Under the pieces are notes generated by a model. That model was not told the origin of the DNA. It worked only from the letters and a program-made list of their open reading frames with translations, and searched no databases. 47,598 nucleotides of DNA from Fidelibacterota bacterium (GTDB taxonomy: Bacteria > Fidelibacterota > Marinisomatia > Marinisomatales > TCS55): assembly GCA_014239505.1 (NCBI GenBank), contig JAAZYT010000173.1, forward strand, positions 1-47,598, in the 5' to 3' direction. Both the position numbers and the translations under genes were made by a program. Shown here piece by piece: positions 35,779 to 43,823 of the stretch. How positions within the stretch are numbered: the stretch's first letter is position 1; each line of letters starts with the position of its first letter.

Positions 35779-37194
35779 ATGTTAGCATTTTCAAATAACT
35801 CACTCGCAAATTATCTATTTTGGGTTTCCCGAAAAAAATGGCTAATTATAACATTTTTCTTGAGCATAGGACTTTTTTACTTACCTACTCCTGAAGGATT
35901 ATCCTCAGAAGGGCATCGGACATTGATTATTGTTGTTACAACTTTGATCTTAATTGTATCTGAATCTATCCCCTTACCTGCTGTTGCAATCCTCATTCTT
36001 ATAATGGAGGTCACATTAGGAGTCGATTCACCAGATGGAGTTGCAGCTTCATTTATGAGTGATGCTGTTTTCTTTATAATGGGATCATTAATGCTTGCAG
36101 TCTCAATCGTGCATCAAGGTTTAGATAAAAGGCTCGCACTTGCGATAATTAATATTACTGGGAATAAAACAATAAACATTACTTTTGGCTTTGTAACAGT
36201 ATCAGCATTAATGTCATCATTTATTGGGGAACACACTGTTGCAGCAATGATGCTACCAGTTGTACTTGCATTAATTAAAAATGCAGGTTTGGACACAAGT
36301 AAAGCAACAAAGCTTTCAACATTACTTTTATTTTCTATTGCATATGGTTGTGCTCTTGGATCAATAGGAACACCTTCAGGTGGTGGTCGCAATGTGATTA
36401 TGATTGGTTATTTATCTGAATTTGGCTTAGGAGATATATCTTACTTAGAATGGATGAAATATACTTATCCAATGCTTCTTATTGAAATTCCAATTGCTGT
36501 GACTGTTTTATGGCTTACATTTACACCAAAACAAAAAAGTCTTGATACAGCTATTAGAAAATTAAAAGTCAATGTTGCAAAATCTGGTAAACTTTCTGGC
36601 AAGCAATTAATGGCTATTCTCGTTTTCATTTTAGTTTTCTTAGGTTGGGTCTTTTTAAGCCCTTTTATTGGTTTGGGTATTGTTGCACTTGCAGGTGTAT
36701 TTTTTTATTTAACATTTGGTTTAATTGAATGGCCTGATATTGCTAGAAGAACAAACTGGGGTGTTATTTTATTATTTGGATCAGCTATTTCTTTAGGAAT
36801 CCAAATGAAAGAAACTGGCGCAGCTCTTTACGTTGCTGAGAATGCACTCTATTCGCTTCAATATATTTTTAAAGATATAGAAATAGTTCGTTGGTTCTTC
36901 TCTGTTGTCCTTAGCGCTATACTCACAAATTTATTAAGTAATGCAGCAACAGTTGCTGTCCTGGGTCCAATAGTTTTAGATATGGGTGGCAACCCTATAA
37001 TATTAGGTATTGCGACTTCAGTAGCATCGGCCTTTGCCTATTTAACAATTGTGGCTTCACCTACCTGTATGATTATACATTCAACCGGGTTAGTTAGTTC
37101 AAATGACTATTTCAAAGCAGGTTGGAAATTATTTATTATTTCAATTATCCTTCTTTTTTTAGTTTCATTCTTTTACTGGCCTATATTATTATGA
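35779..37194 (+). CDS. SLC13/DASS-family (ArsB/NhaD superfamily) anion:Na+ symporter; substrate (sulfate or di/tricarboxylate) undetermined
   Basis: Polytopic membrane protein with internal repeats and an LLSNAATVAVLGPI hairpin motif. Confidence 0.7.
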   Translation: MLAFSNNSLANYLFWVSRKKWLIITFFLSIGLFYLPTPEGLSSEGHRTLIIVVTTLILIVSESIPLPAVAILILIMEVTLGVDSPDGVAASFMSDAVFFIMGSLMLAVSIVHQGLDKRLALAIINITGNKTINITFGFVTVSALMSSFIGEHTVAAMMLPVVLALIKNAGLDTSKATKLSTLLLFSIAYGCALGSIGTPSGGGRNVIMIGYLSEFGLGDISYLEWMKYTYPMLLIEIPIAVTVLWLTFTPKQKSLDTAIRKLKVNVAKSGKLSGKQLMAILVFILVFLGWVFLSPFIGLGIVALAGVFFYLTFGLIEWPDIARRTNWGVILLFGSAISLGIQMKETGAALYVAENALYSLQYIFKDIEIVRWFFSVVLSAILTNLLSNAATVAVLGPIVLDMGGNPIILGIATSVASAFAYLTIVASPTCMIIHSTGLVSSNDYFKAGWKLFIISIILLFLVSFFYWPILL

Positions 37195-38075
37195 AAATAT
37201 TAATAGCAGTAAGTAGTAAAAAATATTCAGCTGACACACTTAGTGTTGGTATGAAAGTTGTGAAAGCATTTAATGCATCAACTACAATTGTTGATGTTGG
37301 TGAAAAAATAAATCAGTTTAGTATGAAAGAAGTGGATATGGTTCAAGAGAGAATGGACTCTTGGGATATAGATCGCCCAGGAGTTGATGTTTTAGAATGG
37401 GCTTTTGAATACTTAGCAGAAAAAGAATTAATTAAGACCAATACTATTGAAGCAGGCTTTCCCAAAAACACATTAGTAGAAACTGAGGGTGGGCGTTCAG
37501 AAGTTTTTCTTGAAGGAACTTTTTCTGAAAATTTAAATCTTATTTTACGAAATGGCGATATAGTTGAAGAATTAAAAAACGAAGTTCAAAATCATGGATA
37601 TGATGTTACAATTATTGGTGGAAGTGGAAAACGACGAATGTCACATGACCTTACTCAATATATCAATAGTTCTATATTTGTAGTTAATAATTATAAACCA
37701 AATCAAAACTATCGCTTGTTATTAGCGGTAGATAATTCAGTTGGTACAAAAAAAGCTGTAAAGTATGGTGTTAGAATTGCGCAAGCACTTGATATTGAAG
37801 TTGATATTATAACAGTAAGTAAAACAGACGAATTTAAAGATGATTATAATAAGGCTGCTGATTGGGCTTCAAAATTTTTAAGACGTACAAATATTAATCA
37901 CAAAAAGATTTTCTTAAATGGCAACCCATCAGAATTAATTTCTAGAGAAGCAGGTGATAATCATATTATTGTTATGGGTTCATCTAATAGGAATCCATTA
38001 AAAACATTTTTTCAAGGAAATAAGCCGTTAAAGGTTCTTGAAAATTCTCAATGTCCTATATTAATTGTAAAATGA
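37191..38075 (+). CDS. Tandem universal stress protein (two UspA domains)
   Basis: MKILIAVSS... and LLLAVDNS... domain starts. C-terminal IIVMGSSNRNPL...CPILIVK. I prefer the ATG at 37191 (ATGA overlap with the permease stop) over the track start at 37122. Confidence 0.75.
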   Translation: MKILIAVSSKKYSADTLSVGMKVVKAFNASTTIVDVGEKINQFSMKEVDMVQERMDSWDIDRPGVDVLEWAFEYLAEKELIKTNTIEAGFPKNTLVETEGGRSEVFLEGTFSENLNLILRNGDIVEELKNEVQNHGYDVTIIGGSGKRRMSHDLTQYINSSIFVVNNYKPNQNYRLLLAVDNSVGTKKAVKYGVRIAQALDIEVDIITVSKTDEFKDDYNKAADWASKFLRRTNINHKKIFLNGNPSELISREAGDNHIIVMGSSNRNPLKTFFQGNKPLKVLENSQCPILIVK

Positions 38076-38087
38076 AAGTAGAATAGA

Positions 38088-39671
38088 ATGACTCTTTTTC
38101 AAAATATTGGCTTATTTGTATTAACAAGCCTAATACTTTTAATGATATCAGTCCCGCCGATACTTTTTTTGATTTGGTATTTTTATGATAAAAAACAAAG
38201 TCAACATTCTATTTTGAGAAACTTTCCGTTATTAGGACGTATTCGTTATTTACTTGAAATGCTAGGCCCTGAATTTAGACAATACATGTTTGATTCTGAT
38301 TCAGAAGGAAAACCATTTAGCAGATCAGATTTTTCAAACATTGTTATTCAAGGTAAATACTTAAAAACAGTAATAGCTTTTGGTTCAAAACGTGATTTTA
38401 ATAAACCTGGTTTCTATCTTAGAAACTCAATGTTCCCAAAGCAAAAAGAAGAAATGAAAGTTATGCTTTCACCTAAAATTCCAACAAAGCGTTATGTTGG
38501 AACTGAGGGTTTATTTTCAAGGACAGAGCATTTAGAAGGAGTTGATGTATCTCCATGGACTTTGCCAGATGAAAATGCAATTATTATTGGCTCTAGATGT
38601 AGAGAGCCATGGCATGTGAAAGGACCTGTGGGCATGAGCGCTATGAGTTATGGAGCACTGGGAGAAAATGCAATTAGTTCAATTAGTCATGGTTTAGGAA
38701 TGGCAACAGGTTCTTGGGTTCATACTGGTGAGGGCGGTTTAGCTCCTTATCATACAGTGGGCGGTGGTGATGTAATAATGCAAATAGGTTCTGGTATTTT
38801 TGGTGTACGAAATGAGGATGGTTCTTTTAGTTGGGATAAGTTCAAAGAAAAAGCAGCAAACCCACAATTACGTTGTTTTGAAATTAAATTAGCACAGGGA
38901 GCAAAGATAAGAGGTGGACATGTTGAAGGAAGTAAAGTCAATGAAGAAATTGCTCAAATAAGAGGTGTAAAGCCATGGAAAACTGTTGATTCTCCAAATC
39001 GTCATAATCAATTCCATGATATTAATTCTTTATTTGACTTTATAGATCAAATGAGAGAAGCAGGTGGAAAGCCTGTAGGAGTTAAAGTAGTCATGGGTGG
39101 TCCTGATAGCGCAGATGAACTTTGCCAACATATGTCAGAAACAGGTAGCGGTCCCGATTTTATCACAGTTGATGGAGGCGAAGGAGGCTCGGGCGCAACG
39201 TATCAAGAAATGGCAGATACCATGGGATTGCCCATTAAGTCAGGATTGATTTATTTAGATGATGCCCTAAGAAAAAGTGGGGTTCGTGAAAGGGTTAAAA
39301 TTTTTGCAAGTGGAAAATTATTTAGTCCAGATAAAATTGCACTTGCACTTGCCTCTGGTGCTGATTTAGTAAATATAGCAAGAGGTATGATGATTTCTGT
39401 TGGTTGTATAGGTGCAATGAAATGTCACACGAATACATGCCCAGTGGGCGTTGCGACAACTGATCCTGATCATCAAAAAGCATTAGTTATTGATGAGAAA
39501 AAATGGAGAGTAATGAATTATGTAATAACTTTGAGAAATGGACTTCACACACTTGCAGCTGCTACTGGTATTGATTCATATACTAAATTTAATCGTAATC
39601 ATGTTGTCTATAGTGATCAGTATGGTAAAGTAACTTCTCTTGAAGATTTATTTCCATATCCAACTACTTGA
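38088..39671 (+). CDS. Membrane-anchored FMN-binding glutamate-synthase-family (GltB domain 2-like) protein
   Basis: N-terminal TM segment LFVLTSLILLMISVPPILFLIWYF. Also contains ITVDGGEGGSGA, IFASGKL and CHTNTCPVGVATTDP. Confidence 0.85.
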   Translation: MTLFQNIGLFVLTSLILLMISVPPILFLIWYFYDKKQSQHSILRNFPLLGRIRYLLEMLGPEFRQYMFDSDSEGKPFSRSDFSNIVIQGKYLKTVIAFGSKRDFNKPGFYLRNSMFPKQKEEMKVMLSPKIPTKRYVGTEGLFSRTEHLEGVDVSPWTLPDENAIIIGSRCREPWHVKGPVGMSAMSYGALGENAISSISHGLGMATGSWVHTGEGGLAPYHTVGGGDVIMQIGSGIFGVRNEDGSFSWDKFKEKAANPQLRCFEIKLAQGAKIRGGHVEGSKVNEEIAQIRGVKPWKTVDSPNRHNQFHDINSLFDFIDQMREAGGKPVGVKVVMGGPDSADELCQHMSETGSGPDFITVDGGEGGSGATYQEMADTMGLPIKSGLIYLDDALRKSGVRERVKIFASGKLFSPDKIALALASGADLVNIARGMMISVGCIGAMKCHTNTCPVGVATTDPDHQKALVIDEKKWRVMNYVITLRNGLHTLAAATGIDSYTKFNRNHVVYSDQYGKVTSLEDLFPYPTT

Positions 39672-39741
39672 TTGAACAACATTGCTAACCGTAACTTAAA
39701 ATTCATTTTAAACAGAATATTTATTTATTAAGGAGAAAAAG

Positions 39742-40521
39742 ATGGAACTTATTCACCCAATTTTTAAATGGCTTCATATAATTGCAGGTATAATGTGGAT
39801 TGGATTATTATACTTTTTCAATTTTATAAATGGTCACTTTGCTGCAACTATGGATGGAGACACAAAGAAAAAAGTTGTTCCAGAGCTGATGCCAAGAGCA
39901 CTTTACTGGTTTAGATGGGGAGCTGCTTGGACTTGGATAACTGGCGTCATTCTTCTTCTTGTTGTTTACTATCATGGTGGATTAACATTTGATGAATCTT
40001 CAAGTTGGGGAACAGAAGCATTCATTATGATTGCAGTAACCTTCCTGGGCGTTTATTTATATGATGCACTTTATAAAAGTGGCCTTGCATCAAACCTTCG
40101 CTTAGTTACTATTGTAAGTTTTGCATTAATTGGAGTTGTTGTTTATTTAATGAAAGATTGGGCAGGTTTTAGCTATCGATCATTCAATATGCATTTAGGA
40201 GCTCTTTTTGGAACCAATATGGCATTTAATGTTTGGTTTCGAATCTGGCCAGCACAACAAAAGATTATTTCTGCTATAAAAAATGGAGAAGCACCTGATG
40301 GCTCTTTGGTTTCTTTAGCTGGATTACGTTCGAAACACAATACATATATGAGTGTACCACTAATTTGGACAATGATGAATCAACATACTACTGCTTTGGC
40401 TGGTGGTAATTTTGGAATTACTAGTTCTACAAATTGGTTAGTGCTAATGATAATAGTTGCGTTAGGATGGCATATTGTTTTTCAACTTTATAAAAAATCT
40501 TCAAAGATTCAAGGTTTTTAA
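39742..40521 (+). CDS. Integral membrane protein resembling the PuuD-type (urate hydroxylase) membrane domain, with no cytochrome c domain
   Basis: The N-terminus IFKWLHIIAGIMWIGLLYFFNFINGHF resembles my recollection of PuuD N-termini (WLHVIAGIAWIG..FYF). About 6 TM helices. Good SD (AAGGAGAAAAAGATG). Confidence 0.35.
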   Translation: MELIHPIFKWLHIIAGIMWIGLLYFFNFINGHFAATMDGDTKKKVVPELMPRALYWFRWGAAWTWITGVILLLVVYYHGGLTFDESSSWGTEAFIMIAVTFLGVYLYDALYKSGLASNLRLVTIVSFALIGVVVYLMKDWAGFSYRSFNMHLGALFGTNMAFNVWFRIWPAQQKIISAIKNGEAPDGSLVSLAGLRSKHNTYMSVPLIWTMMNQHTTALAGGNFGITSSTNWLVLMIIVALGWHIVFQLYKKSSKIQGF

Positions 40522-40530
40522 AAGACATAA

Positions 40531-40600
40531 ATATAATCTAAATAAAAAAACCCCCATTTATACATAATATAAATGGGGGTTTTTTATATAATCTAAATAA
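40531..40600. repeat. 15-bp perfect direct repeat (ATATAATCTAAATAA) flanking a 40-nt terminator hairpin cassette
   Basis: The copies lie at 40531-40545 and 40586-40600. The insert between them is 40546-40585. Confidence 0.7.
40544..40585. terminator. Bidirectional intrinsic terminator
   Basis: A-run + 12-bp stem CCCCCATTTATA/TATAAATGGGGG (loop CATAA) + T6, located between convergent genes. Confidence 0.85.
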
Positions 40601-40603
40601 TTA

Positions 40604-40798
40604 CTAGACTTCACAAGCCATATCATGTCCACAGCACATAGGTGATTTTATCTGTCCACATCCATCAGGACATTTTGCAACACTTACCTGAGTTCCATCA
40701 TCTTTAGTGATATGGTCATGTACCAATTCATTGCTGCAATTTGCGCAAGTTAAACCTGTAACACCCATTCCACAATGTTCGCATTTAAAATCTGACAT
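40604..40798 (-). CDS. Small Cys/His-rich metal-binding protein with desulforedoxin-like outer motifs and a nested CxxC...CxxxC site
   Basis: 64 aa with 9 Cys and 4 His. FKCEHCG (C6, C9) and PMCCGHDM (C55, C56) match the Dx pattern KCxxCG...VCCGxxM. CANC (18, 21) and CPDGC (43, 47) lie between them. SD AAGGA sits 10 nt upstream. Confidence 0.6.
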   Translation of the reverse strand: MSDFKCEHCGMGVTGLTCANCSNELVHDHITKDDGTQVSVAKCPDGCGQIKSPMCCGHDMACEV

Positions 40799-40881
40799 TA
40801 ATTTATTCCTTTAATAGTTTTATAAAATTCTTATTATGAATCTACTAAATTTTTCATAATTGAAAGACAAAATTAAACAAT

Positions 40882-40900
40882 AATAGGAATGATTACTATT
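40882..40900. promoter_or_regulatory. 19-bp 9-1-9 palindrome AATAGGAAT-G-ATTACTATT, a candidate PerR/Fur-family operator
   Basis: There is one mismatch between the arms. The 7-1-7 core TAGGAAT-G-ATTACTA resembles the TnnTAATnATTAnnA class. It lies in the divergent intergenic region, 18 nt upstream of the Fur-family ATG. Confidence 0.45.
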
Positions 40901-40917
40901 TATAGTTAATTTTTTGA

Positions 40918-41283
40918 ATGAGATTTAGTTACCAAAGACAAAAGATTCGTGAAATTGTTCATAATACAAATTCTCACCCAACCGCAGATTGGGTTTATTT
41001 AGAAGTAAAAAAATCTATACCTAACATTAGTTTAGGAACAGTTTATAGAAATTTGAAGCAACTAGAAGAATTTGGAGATGTAAAAACAATTTATGATGGA
41101 AATATTGCTAGATATGATTGGAATACTGATCCACATAATCATTTAAAATGTAAAAATTGTGGTGATCTTATCGATATTGTAATATCGGATAAAGCAATGT
41201 ATCCAAAAATAAAAAAAGATTTTAAATTTAGTGTAGATAGAGTAGAAATGCTTATTATCGGCACATGTAAAAAACACGCATAA
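40918..41283 (+). CDS. Fur-family metalloregulator, PerR-like by genomic context
   Basis: HPTADWVYLEVKK...ISLGTVYRNLKQLEEFG winged helix. HNHLKCKNCG and a C-terminal GTCKKH Cys pair. Rubrerythrin follows 15 nt downstream. Confidence 0.85.
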   Translation: MRFSYQRQKIREIVHNTNSHPTADWVYLEVKKSIPNISLGTVYRNLKQLEEFGDVKTIYDGNIARYDWNTDPHNHLKCKNCGDLIDIVISDKAMYPKIKKDFKFSVDRVEMLIIGTCKKHA

Positions 41284-41297
41284 AAAAGGAGAATAGA

Positions 41298-41717
41298 ATG
41301 GCTTTAGAAGGAAGCAAAACACATGAGAATCTAAAAGCTGCTTTTGCAGGTGAATCTCAAGCAAATCGAAGGTACCTATATTTTGCTCGCCAAGCAGATA
41401 TTGAAGGACTACCTGAAGCAGCAGGTGTATTCAAAAATACTGCTGATGGTGAAACTGGTCATGCTTTTGGTCATATTGAGTTTCTAGAAAAAGGTGGGGC
41501 TGGAGATCCAGGCACTGGACTTCCAATTGGCGAAACAGCAGATAATCTTAAAGCAGCTGTTGCTGGAGAAACCTATGAATATACTGAAATGTATCCAGGT
41601 TTTGCAGCGACTGCACGTGAAGAGGGCTTTGATGAAATTGCTGAATGGTTTGAGACTCTAGCAAGAGCTGAAAAATCTCATGCTGGAAAATTTCAACAAA
41701 CTTTAGATAGTTTATAA
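41298..41717 (+). CDS. rbr: Rubrerythrin-family diiron protein without a rubredoxin domain (erythrin type)
   Basis: [39 protein letters not shown] and EKSHAGKF. Only 139 aa, with no C-terminal CxxC pairs. Confidence 0.9.
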   Translation: MALEGSKTHENLKAAFAGESQANRRYLYFARQADIEGLPEAAGVFKNTADGETGHAFGHIEFLEKGGAGDPGTGLPIGETADNLKAAVAGETYEYTEMYPGFAATAREEGFDEIAEWFETLARAEKSHAGKFQQTLDSL

Positions 41718-41725
41718 ACCAAAAT

Positions 41726-41770
41726 AGTGAATAGCGAATTATTAAATTCGCTATTCACTTTATTTTTTAT
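41726..41770 (+). terminator. Strong intrinsic terminator after rbr
   Basis: 15-bp perfect stem AGTGAATAGCGAATT/AATTCGCTATTCACT with a 4-nt loop, followed by TTATTTTTT. Confidence 0.8.
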
Positions 41771-41784
41771 AAATGGGGGGTATT

Positions 41785-43209
41785 ATGTTAAACCATTCTG
41801 ATACCAGTAATACAACATATGATATAAATAATTCATTGTATTGGGACAAATTATCTTTGGACCAAGAAATGAATCGTATTTATGATATCTGCATAGGTTG
41901 TCGTTTATGTTTTAATCTATGTCCTTCTTTTCCAAGTCTTTTTAATGCGATTGATGATGCTGGTGATAATAAAAGAGAAAATGCTGAACTAGAAGGTCGA
42001 GTAGGGAAAGAAGTAGTCCGAGACGATTTTCTTGATTTACCAGAAGGTGAGCATGCAGTAGAAGCGAGTATTGAAGTTGAATTTCGTGGTGAAGTTCATG
42101 ATTTATCAAATAATCAAAAGTGGGAAGTAGTGGATCTTTGCTATCAATGTAAATTATGTGATCCAATTTGCCCTTATACCCCAGATAAAGAGCATGAGTT
42201 CAAACTTGATTTTCCTAAGCTTATGACTAGGGCTCAAGCTATCCGCACAAAAGTAAGAGGTGTTAAAAACAATGATAAATTTTTAACTAATACTGACTTT
42301 GTAGGTAAGATGGCTCCAATTTTTGGAACATTAATTAACTTTTTTAATCGCATAGGTATTGTTCGTTATTTAATTGAAAAGATTATTGGGATTCATAGAA
42401 AGAGGATCTTACCAAAGTTTAATCCAAATACGTTTAAAAAGTGGATTAAAACACATCAATCTTCACTTGACGATCCTATTGATAAAGTGGTTATTTTTAG
42501 TACTTGTTTTACAAATGTACATGATGTTGAACTTGGTAAAGCGTCTATAGAAATATTAAACCATAATAAAGTTGAATACATTTATCCACCGCAACAATGT
42601 TGTGGTGCTCCTTATTTAAGCCCTGGTGATTTCAATGGATTTAAGAAGCAGGCAGATCCAAATATTAATGAATTATACAAATGGGTGATAGATGGATATA
42701 AAATTGTAGTGACTGGTCCACCAACATGTAGCCTAACCTTAAAGAAAGAGTATCCAGATTATTTAGGATTAAATGAAAAAATTCAAAAGATATCTGAAAA
42801 TACTTTTGATATATCTGAATACCTTGTTTATCTAAATAAACAAGGAAAATTGAAGACAGATTTTAAAAAAGATATTGGTACAATTAATTACCATGTAAGT
42901 TGCCATTTAAAAGCACAGAAAATGGGATTTAAAGGAAGAGATCTATTAAAAATAGTTCCTGAAACAAAAGTTAATTTGATTAATCGATGCTCAGGTATGG
43001 ATGGTGGATGGGGTATGAAAGAAGAGTTCTTTGATGTTTCTATAAAAGTTGCAGAAAAATGTGTAAATGATTTGAATCAGAAAGAAGCTAATTCTGTTTG
43101 TTCAGATTGTTCATTAGCAAGTCATCAAATAAATCAAGCAAGTGAAGGTGAGACAAAGCCAATACACCCCATTTTTGAACTTCATAAAGCTTACGGTTTA
43201 AAAGAATAA
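41785..43209 (+). CDS. HdrD/GlpC-like Fe-S oxidoreductase (two 4Fe-4S motifs plus two CCG domains)
   Basis: CIGCRLCFNLCP and CYQCKLCDPICP. CCG-type motifs QQCCGAPY and CSGMDGGWG. I prefer the ATG at 41785 (GGGGGGTATTATG) over the track start at 41773. Confidence 0.8.
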   Translation: MLNHSDTSNTTYDINNSLYWDKLSLDQEMNRIYDICIGCRLCFNLCPSFPSLFNAIDDAGDNKRENAELEGRVGKEVVRDDFLDLPEGEHAVEASIEVEFRGEVHDLSNNQKWEVVDLCYQCKLCDPICPYTPDKEHEFKLDFPKLMTRAQAIRTKVRGVKNNDKFLTNTDFVGKMAPIFGTLINFFNRIGIVRYLIEKIIGIHRKRILPKFNPNTFKKWIKTHQSSLDDPIDKVVIFSTCFTNVHDVELGKASIEILNHNKVEYIYPPQQCCGAPYLSPGDFNGFKKQADPNINELYKWVIDGYKIVVTGPPTCSLTLKKEYPDYLGLNEKIQKISENTFDISEYLVYLNKQGKLKTDFKKDIGTINYHVSCHLKAQKMGFKGRDLLKIVPETKVNLINRCSGMDGGWGMKEEFFDVSIKVAEKCVNDLNQKEANSVCSDCSLASHQINQASEGETKPIHPIFELHKAYGLKE

Positions 43210-43219
43210 AAGGAATAGT

Positions 43220-43804
43220 ATGCAAAAACTAGTAATAAAAGATTTGATGAATATTTTAGAATATGAAAAAGTTAGAAATACGTATAGACAAGAATTGATG
43301 TCCTATAAAAAAGATCGTCGAATTTCTCTTGGTCCTAATATTACTCTTACATTTGAAAATAGAAGAACAATGAAATTTCAGATTCAAGAAATTATGCGCG
43401 CTGAGCGGTTAGTGCATGATGAAACTATTCAAGAAGAAATTGAAGTTTATAATTCACTTTTGCCAAAAAGTAATTCTCTTAGCGCAACTTTATTCATTGA
43501 AGTAACAGAGGAATCAAAGATTAAATCTATTTTAAATCAATTTATTGGCTTAACGGAAGGCGAAAGTTTATTTTTTGAAATTAGAGGACAAAAGATTAAT
43601 GCTGAGTTTGAAGCAGGTCGAGAAGAATCAGATAAAATAAGTTCCGTCCATTACGTAAATTTTAAGATTAATCAAGAATTGATTCCACTTTTTGAGAATG
43701 ATGAAGAAATAAAATTGCAAATTCAATATAAAAATTATTTTCATTCTCAAACTTTATCAAGCAAATCCAAGTTGTCATTATTTAATGATTTAACTAGTAA
43801 ATAG
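43220..43804 (+). CDS. DUF3501-family protein (assigned from memory of the family pattern)
   Basis: 194 aa. RRISLGPNITLTFENRRTMKFQIQEIMRAERL...LSATLFIE matches my recollection of DUF3501 (LGxxxTLxFENRxTxxxQIQEMxRxE). It starts 10 nt after the HdrD-like gene. Confidence 0.5.
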   Translation: MQKLVIKDLMNILEYEKVRNTYRQELMSYKKDRRISLGPNITLTFENRRTMKFQIQEIMRAERLVHDETIQEEIEVYNSLLPKSNSLSATLFIEVTEESKIKSILNQFIGLTEGESLFFEIRGQKINAEFEAGREESDKISSVHYVNFKINQELIPLFENDEEIKLQIQYKNYFHSQTLSSKSKLSLFNDLTSK

Positions 43805-43823
43805 TCTTATTAAAGAGTAAAAA

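Noticed and set aside
40832-40857. An inverted repeat, TTATGAA-N12-TTCATAA, in the divergent perR / Cys-rich-gene intergenic region, considered as a separate operator.
   Set aside because: It is AT-rich with 7-bp arms and a long spacer, which could easily arise by chance in this composition. It is mentioned only as a secondary note under the 19-bp palindrome finding.
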